This document shows, in pieces, positions 46,263 to 54,990 of a stretch of DNA of 64,000 nucleotides. The translations under genes and the position numbers were made by a program. Positions within the stretch are counted from its first letter, which is position 1. Each line of letters begins with the position of its first letter. The stretch spans positions 9,074 through 73,073 of the forward strand of contig CAIMUX010000086.1 of assembly GCA_903844735.1 (NCBI GenBank), read 5' to 3'. This stretch comes from Candidatus Eiseniibacteriota bacterium. Lineage in GTDB: Bacteria > Eisenbacteria > RBG-16-71-46 > CAIMUX01. Under the pieces are notes generated by a model, which was not told where the DNA came from, did not search any database, and worked only from the letters and a program-made list of their open reading frames with translations.

Positions 46263-47717
46263 ATGCCCGACCCTTCCGATCCAAAGCGTCCCCGACTCGT
46301 CTTTCCCGGCTCCGATGCCGATTCCGCCCCCGCCCGCCGCATCGTGTCTCCCGGCGCCGACGCGGCGGCGGCACCCGGACCCGAGGCTCCGGCACCGACG
46401 CGGCGGCCCGGTCTCATCCTCCCGCCCGGCGCGGGACGCGAGGTGCCCGAAGACCTGCCCGAGTACCCGCGCCTGCGACCGCTCGGACTCGCGCGCGTGA
46501 GTGACGGCCGACGTGAAATGCTGCTGGTGAGCGACCCGACGGGTGTGATCCAGGGCCAGCCGGCCCTGTCGATGGAGGCGCTGCCGATGCTGCAGTTGCT
46601 CGATGGCACGACGTCGCTGACCGACATCACGAGCACGCTCATGCGTGGCAGTAAGGATCTGCGCGTCGCGAGTTTGGTGCGCGATTTCGTTGCCCGACTC
46701 GACCAGATGCTGCTCCTCGATTCGCCTCGATTCCACCAGGCGCTGCAGATGCTGCGTGACCGGTACCATCAGCTCGAGATCCGCCCCGCGGCGCTCGAGA
46801 ACCAAGCCTATCCGGGCCAGAGAGCCGAGCTGGAGGCGTTTCTCGACGATCACTTTGCCGAGGCCGCGGCGATGCGCGAGCGCGCCGTACCGCCGGCCGC
46901 CGCCCAGCCGACCGACGCGCGATCGGCTACCGCACCGGCGGCGCCGCCGCGCGCGATCCTGTCGCCGCACCTCGACCCGCGCCGGGCGGGTGCGGTCATC
47001 GCGCGGGCGATGGCGGAGATCGGCCCCCGGCAGGCCCGGCCGCTGCGCGTCGTCATCTTCGGGACCGGCCACTCGTTGCTGGACGACCTGTTCGCTCTCA
47101 CGCGCAAGCACTTCGAGACTCCGCTCGGCAAGGCTCGCTGCGACACCGCGTTCGTCGACCGCGTCGCCTCGCGCCTCGGCGAGTCCGCCTACCGCGGCGA
47201 GTTGGCGCATCGCGACGAGCATTCGATCGAGTTTCAGGTGATCTACCTCCTGCGACTGCTCAAGGAACATCCGTTCACGATCGTGCCGATCCTGTGCGGC
47301 GGCTTCCACTCGCTTCTCGCGGAGGGCCAAACGGCGCGCGAGGCGCCCGAGTTCGAACGACTGATCGAGGCCGTGCGGGAGGCCGAGCGCGAGCTGAGCG
47401 GTCGCACGCTCTACATCGCCGGTGTCGACTTCTCCCACGTCGGACCCCGCTTCGGCCACCCGCCGATCGACGCGCGCGTGAAAGACGAGACCGAAGCGGT
47501 CGATCGCGCGGGTCTCACCGCGGCGCTCGCGGGCGACGCCGAAGGCTGGTTCCGGGCGATCGCCGCGCAGGACGACCGTACGAACATCTGCGGTTTCGCG
47601 CCGACGTACGCTATGCTGCGCTGTGCGGATGTCACCGATGGACGATTGCTCCATTACGAACAGTGCGACGAGCCGGACGGCTCCACGGTTACGGTCGCCG
47701 CCGCGGTCTGGGGGTAG
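46263..47717 (+). CDS. Fusion protein: N-terminal PqqD-like RiPP-recognition-element (RRE) domain + C-terminal MEMO1-family (AmmeMemoRadiSam system protein B-like) domain
   Basis: Residues ~70-160 'LRPLGLARVSDGRREMLLVSDPTGVIQGQPALSMEALPMLQLLDGTTSLTDITSTLMRGSKDLRVASLVRDFVARLDQMLLLD' fit the PqqD pattern (xLNxtaxxIwxlLDGxxtlxeIxxxLxxxyxxdxxxxxxDvxxFlxxLxxxgLL). The C-terminal 300 aa carry MEMO1 blocks 'SPHLDPRRAGAV', 'VIFGTGHS', 'DEHSIEFQVIYL', 'IVPILCGG', 'VDFSHVGPRFG', 'NICGFAPTYAML'. Confidence 0.6.
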   Translation: MPDPSDPKRPRLVFPGSDADSAPARRIVSPGADAAAAPGPEAPAPTRRPGLILPPGAGREVPEDLPEYPRLRPLGLARVSDGRREMLLVSDPTGVIQGQPALSMEALPMLQLLDGTTSLTDITSTLMRGSKDLRVASLVRDFVARLDQMLLLDSPRFHQALQMLRDRYHQLEIRPAALENQAYPGQRAELEAFLDDHFAEAAAMRERAVPPAAAQPTDARSATAPAAPPRAILSPHLDPRRAGAVIARAMAEIGPRQARPLRVVIFGTGHSLLDDLFALTRKHFETPLGKARCDTAFVDRVASRLGESAYRGELAHRDEHSIEFQVIYLLRLLKEHPFTIVPILCGGFHSLLAEGQTAREAPEFERLIEAVREAERELSGRTLYIAGVDFSHVGPRFGHPPIDARVKDETEAVDRAGLTAALAGDAEGWFRAIAAQDDRTNICGFAPTYAMLRCADVTDGRLLHYEQCDEPDGSTVTVAAAVWG

Positions 47718-48205
47718 GCTGCCTCAGCACATTTCCGCTGAGCGGTCCCCAAACCGTCCGTGGGAGAGTGAAGGGGGGTATCCGGGGAAAGTGAGTCTCC
47801 CCGCCCGCGAGGCCGAGCGGCGGGCGCGCACGCGTCACAGGAGGTCAGGAAGCTGCGGATTCTGGACCGGCTTCGGGCTTCCGCGACACCGTTGCTGTTC
47901 ATCATCGCCGCTGTGGGCAGCGTTCTGCCTGGTGCCGGCCGCGAGGAACGGACCGGTTCCCTTCGGGCCTGCCCGTCGCCGCGGCCGGATCGGCGGAGAT
48001 CAAGGTCACAAATCCGTATATTGTTACGGAATTCCACGGCCGATACGGAACCGGTGTGCAATCGAGTGGTTTCCAGGACCGCCCGCCTGTGACTCCGCGA
48101 GGGGTCCACGTGGCGGGAGCGCTGCATCGCTGCGCCCGCGTAGGACGAACTGGCGATCCGGCTGGTGACACCCCCGGTCTAGGTCAAGAGGAGGCAATCC
48201 ACACC

Positions 48206-49381
48206 ATGTCATCCCGGATTCGTTCCCTGATCGCCTTAGCCCTGTCGATGCTTCTCCTGGCCGGAGGCCAGGCTTTGGCTCGCAAACCGAAGGCATCCGC
48301 GTCACCGAATCCGCTCCCGGCCGCGGTCCTGGGGGACGGACGCATCGCAATCCCCGCCTCCATGACCCCGGCTCTCCCGTTCGAGATCAACGCTCCCGGC
48401 AGCTACTGTCTGGTCGGGAACCGCCATTGCGCCGAGGACGGCATCCGTATCAACGCCGACGACGTCACCATCGACCTTTCGGGATTCACGCTCGCCGGGC
48501 CCGACTCCGGCGGTTCCGTCGGAATCCTCATGAAAGGCCGCAAGAATGTGGAGGTCAAGAACGGAACAGTCCGGGACTTCGGCAATCGCGGCATCTTCGA
48601 CAAGAACGAGGGGGGCATGGCGCAAGGCAAACGGATCATCGGCGTGCGTGTCGTCTCGAACGGAGGCTGCGGCATCTGCCTGGGCGGAGACGGCAACCTC
48701 ATCCGTGACTGCTACGTCGCGGACAACAAGGGGACCGGCGCCTGTGTCGAGCGGACGATTGTGGAGAGGAGCGTCTTCGTCAACAACACCACCGGCGGGA
48801 TCGCCTGCGGCAACTACAGCCTCGTCGCTGGAAACCTCGTCACGAAAACCGAAAAGGCCGGGATCTTTGCCCGCAACGGCTGCACCATCAGGGACAACAC
48901 GGTCTGCGAGGCGGGCAACACGGGGATCTACGGCGATTATGGCTGCCTGATCGACGGTAACGTTGCCTGCGAAAACAACCAGGCGAACATGCCCTGGGCC
49001 TATGCCGGCATCAAGACGGTGGGCGACTGCATCCTTCGCAACAATCTCACGCGGGGTAACTTGCAGAACAACATCTGGGTGATCCGCTCGGGGAACGTCG
49101 TCGAGGACAACCTCGCCACCGCCCCGGCCGACACTCTCGGGAACGGCTACGCCTTCGGTAACAAGTCCAACTACTTCGCCAACAACAAGGCTTCGGGCAA
49201 CCAGACCGATTTCGTTGGCGAGCTACCCGAAGGCCCGGGCGACGGTGGTGGAAACCTCGCTTTGGAGCACTACGTGCCGCTTCCTCTGCCTGCTCCTTCC
49301 CCTCCGCCGCCGACTCCTGTTGCCGATACACCCAGCGGCGGCGTGCCCCCCGCCGGCCGAACGAAAGGCCCCGACAAGTAG
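48206..49381 (+). CDS. Secreted right-handed parallel beta-helix repeat protein (Cys-rich, pectin-lyase-fold-like) with Pro-rich C-terminal tail
   Basis: Signal peptide 'MSSRIRSLIALALSMLLLAGGQALA'. Repeated 'GIxxxNxxxVxIxNxTV.., GNLIRDCYVADNKGTGACVE, NNTTGGIACGNYSLVAGNLV, CEAGNTGIYGDYGCLIDGNV, NNLTRGNLQNNIWV' units typical of PbH1 beta-helix coils. Ends 'PLPLPAPSPPPPTPVADTPSGGVPPAGRTKGPDK'. RBS AAGAGGAGG. Confidence 0.6.
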   Translation: MSSRIRSLIALALSMLLLAGGQALARKPKASASPNPLPAAVLGDGRIAIPASMTPALPFEINAPGSYCLVGNRHCAEDGIRINADDVTIDLSGFTLAGPDSGGSVGILMKGRKNVEVKNGTVRDFGNRGIFDKNEGGMAQGKRIIGVRVVSNGGCGICLGGDGNLIRDCYVADNKGTGACVERTIVERSVFVNNTTGGIACGNYSLVAGNLVTKTEKAGIFARNGCTIRDNTVCEAGNTGIYGDYGCLIDGNVACENNQANMPWAYAGIKTVGDCILRNNLTRGNLQNNIWVIRSGNVVEDNLATAPADTLGNGYAFGNKSNYFANNKASGNQTDFVGELPEGPGDGGGNLALEHYVPLPLPAPSPPPPTPVADTPSGGVPPAGRTKGPDK

Positions 49382-50084
49382 CAGGGCCCACAGGTGATGC
49401 CGAGATGCCCTCGGACCTGCTTCAAGGCCCGGCCCTTCATGGATGCGATCACCCGGGATCGCCGCCCCCAGGAGCGTCGTCATGGTCACCGTCAACATCC
49501 ATGAAGCCAGACCCGGTTCTCGTAGCTGGTCGATTCCGCAGTCAAAGGCGAAGCGTATGTGATAACGAAGGCGGGTGGGCCGCTCGTGAAGGTGACGGCG
49601 CTGGACGCCCATGCGGCACCGCGGCGGCTGGACTTCCTCGCCGGCGAGATCGCCATGCCCGACGATGTCGACCGCATGGGCGAAGCAGAAATCGAAGCTC
49701 TGTTCGGGAGCGGTTCGTCAAGTCCGCCGCGTTCGCGTGGAAGTCCGCCATCGGCACATGCTCGATCGAGAGGTCGAGAAGCAGTCGCACCGCTCGGTCG
49801 AACCGTCTGTTCGCCCAGTGGGCCTTCGCCCGTCCGAAGGGGTCCGCGAGTTCCCGGTCCAGACCCTGCTCCAGCAGGAAGCGGTTCGAGTGATCGAGAT
49901 CGCCCAGCGGCGCGACACCATCGAGGCGCAACCTCCGGGGCAGGATCCGGCTTGCACGCCGCGGCACGGAGGGGCAGGTCGTCCTTACGATGGTGGCGAG
50001 ATCGCCGGTAACGACCAGTTCCCTGCGAACGGCGTCTCATTGTGGGGGGCTGGCGCCTTCTGCCGCTTGTCGGGGGCCTCGGTT

Positions 50085-50345
50085 CCTATCGTCGAAGCAA
50101 GGTTCGGGATGATGATCCAGGTCAGACCCCGATCCCGGGCGCCATGTTTCTGACCGATGCCGCCTTGGGATTTGTCGCCCGGGCAATCTCCCAGATGGAC
50201 GTGCTTATCGTGGGGATCCCTGTGCAGACCGCGGCTGGAATGACCTAACTCGTTGTCACGGATCAACGTGCCTCCAGTCTCGTCCCGCTCCGGTTCGGCC
50301 GAATGGCCCAGCAACGGCTTACCGTTTTGCGTGGCATGTAGGTTG
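50085..50345 (+). pseudogene. Diverged duplicate of the fliR 3' end (~260 bp, ~80% identity to 45637-45897) with premature TAA; remnant flanking the insertion
   Basis: Direct alignment: 'gcgccatgtttctgaccgatgccgccttgggatttgtcgcccgggc' is identical in both copies. Both copies end '...ttgcgtg[c/g]catgtaggtt'. Copy 2 reads '...PIPGAMFLTDAALGFVARAISQMDVLIVGIPVQTAAGMT*', in frame with the FliR C-terminus. Confidence 0.6.
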
Positions 50346-50408
50346 CTCCTTCCCCTCTCGCCTCCCCCTTGGGCGGCCTTTGGATAGCGTCATGGGGGGA
50401 TCGCCGAC

Positions 50409-51494
50409 TTGGCCAACGATAACTACGGAGAGCGCACCGAGAGCGCGACACCCAAGCGACGGGAGGAAGCCCGCAATGAAGGTAAAGTCGCGCGGAGTAC
50501 CGAGTTAACCAACGCCCTGGCCCTCCTGGCCGGTGTTGCCGCGTTGTCATTTCTGGGCGGCCGGCTGATGCAGCGCCTCTCCGACCTCTTTCGCTCACTG
50601 CTTGGCACTTCTCCGTCGGGGCTCGCCACCGAGGCCGGCGTCTACTTCGCTTTCCAGCGGCTCTCGCTCCAGATCACCGTGATCTTGGCCCCGCTGCTGA
50701 TCAGCCTGATCGCGGTTGGACTGGCTTCCAACGTCCTGCAAGTCGGCTTCATGCTGACGGGCAAGCCGATCTCGCCGCGCTGGTCCTTGATCGATCCGAT
50801 CGAGGGGTTCAAGAGGATCTTGTCGCTGCGTTCGGTCACCGAACTGCTCAAGTCGATCCTCAAAGTTTCGATCATCGGCCTCATCGCCTGGGTGACGCTG
50901 AAGTCCGACCTCGACCGGCTCGTCCCGCTCACCGGTGCGGACGGACCGACCCTGGTAGGCCAGGTGGGGGCCGCCACCGTCCGCCTCGGCTTGCGCGTCG
51001 GCCTGGCCCTTCTCGTTCTCGGCATCCTCGACTACGGCTACCAGCGCTGGGAGTTCGAGCGCTCCATCCGCATGAGCAGACAGGAACTTGAGGAAGAGCA
51101 GAAACAGACCGAAGGCGATCCGCAGGTGAAGGCGCGGGTGCGCGTGGCGCAAAGGCTTCTGGCGCGGCGCCGGATGATGGTCGACGTGGCGAAGGCTGAC
51201 GTTGTGGTCACCAACCCGACGCACTACGCGGTAGCGCTCAAGTACGACCGGCCGACGATGCCGGCTCCGTTGGTCGTGGCCAAAGGGATGCGCAAGCTGG
51301 CCGAGCGGATCAAAGAGGTGGCGAAGGAGAATCGAGTGCCGGTGGTCGAGGACCCGCCGTTGGCTCGACTTCTCTACAAGGAGTGCGAGGTGGGTTCGGC
51401 GATTCCGGTGTCGGTATACCAGGCGGTGGCGCGGGTGCTCGCGTATGTCTGGAAACTCCGGGGACGGACGCAGGGAGGCCGGGTCGCGGCCTGA
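50409..51494 (+). CDS. flhB: Flagellar export apparatus protein FlhB
   Basis: 'GERTESATPKRREEARNEGKVARSTEL' N-terminus and the 'NPTHYAVAL' autocleavage motif (NPTH). Non-ATG start per ORF track. Confidence 0.9.
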   Translation: MANDNYGERTESATPKRREEARNEGKVARSTELTNALALLAGVAALSFLGGRLMQRLSDLFRSLLGTSPSGLATEAGVYFAFQRLSLQITVILAPLLISLIAVGLASNVLQVGFMLTGKPISPRWSLIDPIEGFKRILSLRSVTELLKSILKVSIIGLIAWVTLKSDLDRLVPLTGADGPTLVGQVGAATVRLGLRVGLALLVLGILDYGYQRWEFERSIRMSRQELEEEQKQTEGDPQVKARVRVAQRLLARRRMMVDVAKADVVVTNPTHYAVALKYDRPTMPAPLVVAKGMRKLAERIKEVAKENRVPVVEDPPLARLLYKECEVGSAIPVSVYQAVARVLAYVWKLRGRTQGGRVAA

Positions 51495-51515
51495 GGCCGT
51501 CCCCGGGAGTAGCGC

Positions 51516-53585
51516 ATGGCGGAGAAGAAGCAGCGCAGCGGAGGCAGCGACCTCGCGGTGGCGGCGACCGTCCTTCTCATCCTCGCCATCATGATCCTAC
51601 CGGTCCAGACCTGGATCTTAGACGGGCTCTTGGTCTTGAACCTGGCGATTGCCCTCGTCGTGCTGTTGGTCACCGTCTACATCCAGCAGCCGCTCCGCTT
51701 CAACGTCTTCCCGAGCTTGCTCCTCCTGGCCACCCTCTTCCGTCTGGCGGTCAACGTCGCCTCCACGCGCACCATTCTGCTGCAGGGGTATGGCGGCCGC
51801 GTCATCGAGGCGTTCGGCAACTTCGTGGTCGGCGGCAACTACGCGGTCGGCATCATCGCCTTCCTGATCCTCACCATCATCCAGTTCGTGGTCATCACCA
51901 AGGGCGCCGGGCGCATCGCCGAGGTGGCGGCCCGCTTCACCCTCGACGCCATGCCGGGTCGCCAGATGGCCATCGACGCCGATCTGAACGCCGGGCTCAT
52001 CGATGAGCACCAGGCCCGCTCCCGCCGCGCCGATATCGAGCGACAGGCCGATTTCTATGGGGCCATGGACGGAGCCTCGAAGTTCGTCCGCGGCGACGCG
52101 GTGGCCGCCCTCATCATCGTCGCCATCAACATCGTGGGCGGCTTTGTGGTTGGGGTCCTGCAGCACGGCATGTCGATGGGCGAGGCTTTGCGCACCTACA
52201 CGCTGCTCACCGTGGGCGACGGGCTGGTGGCGCAGATCCCGGCACTCATCATCTCGACGGCATCGGGCATCCTCATCACCCGCTCCGAAGGGCAGGGCTC
52301 GCTCGGTCTCGCTCTCGGCGGACAGTTGTTCCGGGAGCCGAAGGCCGCCATCGTGGCGGGAGCCATCTTAGCCCTCCTCGGTCTGGCCCCGGGACTGCCG
52401 GCCGTGCCGTTCATTCTCCTCGGAGGCGTCACGTTCGCCGCCGGGATGGCGGCGCGGCGCGGTCACACGCGCGACGACCTAGTCGAAGCGGACGCGGTGA
52501 AGGCGCGCTCAGCCTCCGCCCCGGAAAAGGTGGAGAAGCTCATCGACGTCGACCCGCTGGAGTTGGAGATCGGTTTCGGGCTCATCCCGCTGGTCGATGA
52601 GACGCGCGATGGGGGTGATCTCCTGCGGCGTATCACTCTGGTGCGACGGCAGTGCGCCACGGAACTCGGTCTGGTGGTCCCCGCCGTGCGCGTGCGCGAC
52701 AACATCCGGCTTCCGCAGGATGGCTACGTGATTCTCCTCAAGGGGATCGAGGTGGCGCGCGGCGCGATCATCCTGGGACACGAGCTGGCCATGTCGCCCG
52801 GCGCGGGCGCGATTCCGCTCGAGGGAGTGGAGACCAAAGAGCCGGTCTTCGGGCTGGCGGCCACCTGGATCCGGCCGGAGCAGCACGGCGAGGCCGAGGT
52901 GGCGGGCTACACCGTGGTGGAGCCCTCGGCCGTCATCGCTACCCATCTCGCGGAAACGGTCAAGACCCACGCCGACGAGATCCTGGGACGCCAGGAGGTG
53001 CAATCGCTCCTCGATCAGGTGAAGCAACGCAATCCGGCGGTGGTCGAGGAACTGGTGCCGGGGCAGCTCACGGTGGGCGGTGTGCAGAAAGTGCTGCAGC
53101 GTCTGCTTCGCGAGCGGGTGTCGATCCGCGATATGGTGAGCATCCTCGAGTCGCTGGCCGACCACGCACCGGCGACCAAGGACTTAGATACTCTTGTGGA
53201 GAAGGCGCGGGAGAGTTTGGGCCGCGCCATTACGCAGCAGTATCGGGACGAGCGGGGGAACCTCTCGGTCATCTCCATCGAGCCGGCGCTGGAGCAGGAG
53301 CTGGTGCAGTCGGTAAAGCCGGGCGAGGGAGGCGGGCGACTGGTGCAGCTGCCGGACGCGGCTCGCCGCCTCTTGGAGAGTGTCTCGCAGGCCGTTCACG
53401 CCTCGCTCACACAGACCGCCCAGCCGGTGATCCTTTGTTCCCCCTACCTGCGGCCTTACCTTCGCGCGTTCCTGGAGCGGGCGCTGCCTCATGTGGCGGT
53501 TCTCTCCTACGCCGAGGTGATCGCGGCGGGGACGGTCCGAACCGTCGCTTCCGTCAGGATGGAACATGCACATCAAGAAGTTTGA
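51516..53585 (+). CDS. flhA: Flagellar export apparatus protein FlhA
   Basis: 689 aa. TM region 'LAVAATVLLILAIMILPVQTWILDGLLVLNLAIALVVLLVTVYI', 'FTLDAMPGRQMAIDADLNAGLIDE', large cytoplasmic C-domain. Confidence 0.9.
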   Translation: MAEKKQRSGGSDLAVAATVLLILAIMILPVQTWILDGLLVLNLAIALVVLLVTVYIQQPLRFNVFPSLLLLATLFRLAVNVASTRTILLQGYGGRVIEAFGNFVVGGNYAVGIIAFLILTIIQFVVITKGAGRIAEVAARFTLDAMPGRQMAIDADLNAGLIDEHQARSRRADIERQADFYGAMDGASKFVRGDAVAALIIVAINIVGGFVVGVLQHGMSMGEALRTYTLLTVGDGLVAQIPALIISTASGILITRSEGQGSLGLALGGQLFREPKAAIVAGAILALLGLAPGLPAVPFILLGGVTFAAGMAARRGHTRDDLVEADAVKARSASAPEKVEKLIDVDPLELEIGFGLIPLVDETRDGGDLLRRITLVRRQCATELGLVVPAVRVRDNIRLPQDGYVILLKGIEVARGAIILGHELAMSPGAGAIPLEGVETKEPVFGLAATWIRPEQHGEAEVAGYTVVEPSAVIATHLAETVKTHADEILGRQEVQSLLDQVKQRNPAVVEELVPGQLTVGGVQKVLQRLLRERVSIRDMVSILESLADHAPATKDLDTLVEKARESLGRAITQQYRDERGNLSVISIEPALEQELVQSVKPGEGGGRLVQLPDAARRLLESVSQAVHASLTQTAQPVILCSPYLRPYLRAFLERALPHVAVLSYAEVIAAGTVRTVASVRMEHAHQEV

Positions 53586-54990
53586 GGGAAAGGACCTCAA
53601 GGAGGCCTTGGCAAGGATCCGCGAGGAGCTGGGTCCCGAGGCCGTGATTCTCGAGACGGCGCCGCATCCGCGTCCTCGTCGCGGGGTCACCGTGCTTGCG
53701 GCGCTCCCGCGCGAGGCGGGGGACGTGCGGGCTGCCGAGCCGGCGTTCGCCGCCGCGGCCTCGCCCGTCGACGGGCCCGCAGGACGCGGCGCTTTTCGCC
53801 GCCCGCTGCCGTCCCGCCTCGAGACGGCCGACACCGGCGGGCCGATCTTCGGCAGCACCAACCTCGGTGGCGTGCCTCTTCGTCCGCTGATTCCGTCCGC
53901 GCGGGACGGCGTGGAACCGGCCCTTTCACCGGCGTCCTGGCGGTCGGAGTCGGCCCCGGCATTTCCGTCCGCGCCTTTGCGGTCCGTGACAGTGCCCGCG
54001 TTCCCGTTGGCGCCCCGGCGATCCGCGACAGCGCCCGCGTTCCTGCCGACGCTGCCTCCCTCCGAGGCGACCGTTCCGTTCCCGCGGGTTGCCACCTCCC
54101 GCGCGGCCGAGGTCGAGGAGGAGACGCGGGTTCTGCGGGCACGGGTGGAGCATCTGAACCGACTCGTCCGCTCCGACCATTTCTCGGCGGTGCCGCTGCC
54201 GCTGCGCCAGCTCTACTTCGACCTCACCGACGCGGAGGTCGATGCCGACTTGGTCTTCCGCATCCTGGAGAAAATGGGGAGCGCTCCGATTCCGGGGCAG
54301 TTCACCTCCTCGCCTCCGGGCGATCTGCTGGCCTACCTAGGCTCGCTGGTGCGGACCGGTGGCGCGCTGCAGCCGGGCGAGCGGCGCGTGCTCGCCCTGG
54401 TCGGCCCGACCGGGGTCGGGAAGACGACCACACTGGCTAAGATCGCCGGTCAGGCGTGCTTCCACCGCGGCCTTTCGGTGGCGCTGGTTTCGAGCGATTC
54501 CTACCGCGTTTTCGGAGCTCAGCACCTTGCGGCGTACGCCGCGCTGATGGGGCTCCCGTTCTTCGCCGTCGCCTCGGTTGCCGCGATGCGGACGCTCCTA
54601 TCGAAACGACTGGCGGACGTTGATCTTGTTCTCATCGACACCTCGGGCCGCTCGCCCAACGATCCCGGCGGCATCACTGAAATCCGGCAACTGCTGGCCG
54701 CCTGCCCGACGCTGGATGTCCACCTGGCCCTTTCGGCCAACACGCGAGCGCGGGACCTAGCGCACGCTCTCGATGCCTTCTCGGTGCTCCCGGTTCGCCA
54801 CCTCGTCTTCACCAAACTGGACGAGGCGACCTCGCGCGGCGGGATGTACACCACCGCCCTCAAGGCGCGCTGTCCGGTCTCTTGGCTGGGGACGGGGCAG
54901 GAGGTGCCGGACGACCTCGAGGCGGCCACCGCCGAAGCGCTCACGCACGGCTTGCTTGAGGAGGCGTCCCATGGCGGATCAGGCCGATAA
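53566..54990 (+). CDS. flhF: Flagellar biosynthesis SRP-type GTPase FlhF
   Basis: 'MHIKKFEGKDLKEALARIREELGPEAVIL' B-domain, G-domain 'LALVGPTGVGKTTTLAKIA', 'VDLVLIDTSGRSPND', 'LVFTKLDEA'. Confidence 0.85.
   Translation: MHIKKFEGKDLKEALARIREELGPEAVILETAPHPRPRRGVTVLAALPREAGDVRAAEPAFAAAASPVDGPAGRGAFRRPLPSRLETADTGGPIFGSTNLGGVPLRPLIPSARDGVEPALSPASWRSESAPAFPSAPLRSVTVPAFPLAPRRSATAPAFLPTLPPSEATVPFPRVATSRAAEVEEETRVLRARVEHLNRLVRSDHFSAVPLPLRQLYFDLTDAEVDADLVFRILEKMGSAPIPGQFTSSPPGDLLAYLGSLVRTGGALQPGERRVLALVGPTGVGKTTTLAKIAGQACFHRGLSVALVSSDSYRVFGAQHLAAYAALMGLPFFAVASVAAMRTLLSKRLADVDLVLIDTSGRSPNDPGGITEIRQLLAACPTLDVHLALSANTRARDLAHALDAFSVLPVRHLVFTKLDEATSRGGMYTTALKARCPVSWLGTGQEVPDDLEAATAEALTHGLLEEASHGGSGR

Noticed and set aside
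47892-48092. 66-aa ORF (MLFIIAAVGSVLPG...) between the PqqD-MEMO1 and beta-helix genes as a candidate RiPP precursor peptide
   Set aside because: TTG start, mediocre GC3 bias, and an Arg-rich second half typical of noncoding frames. No leader/core features. Kept only as something to test, not reported as a feature.
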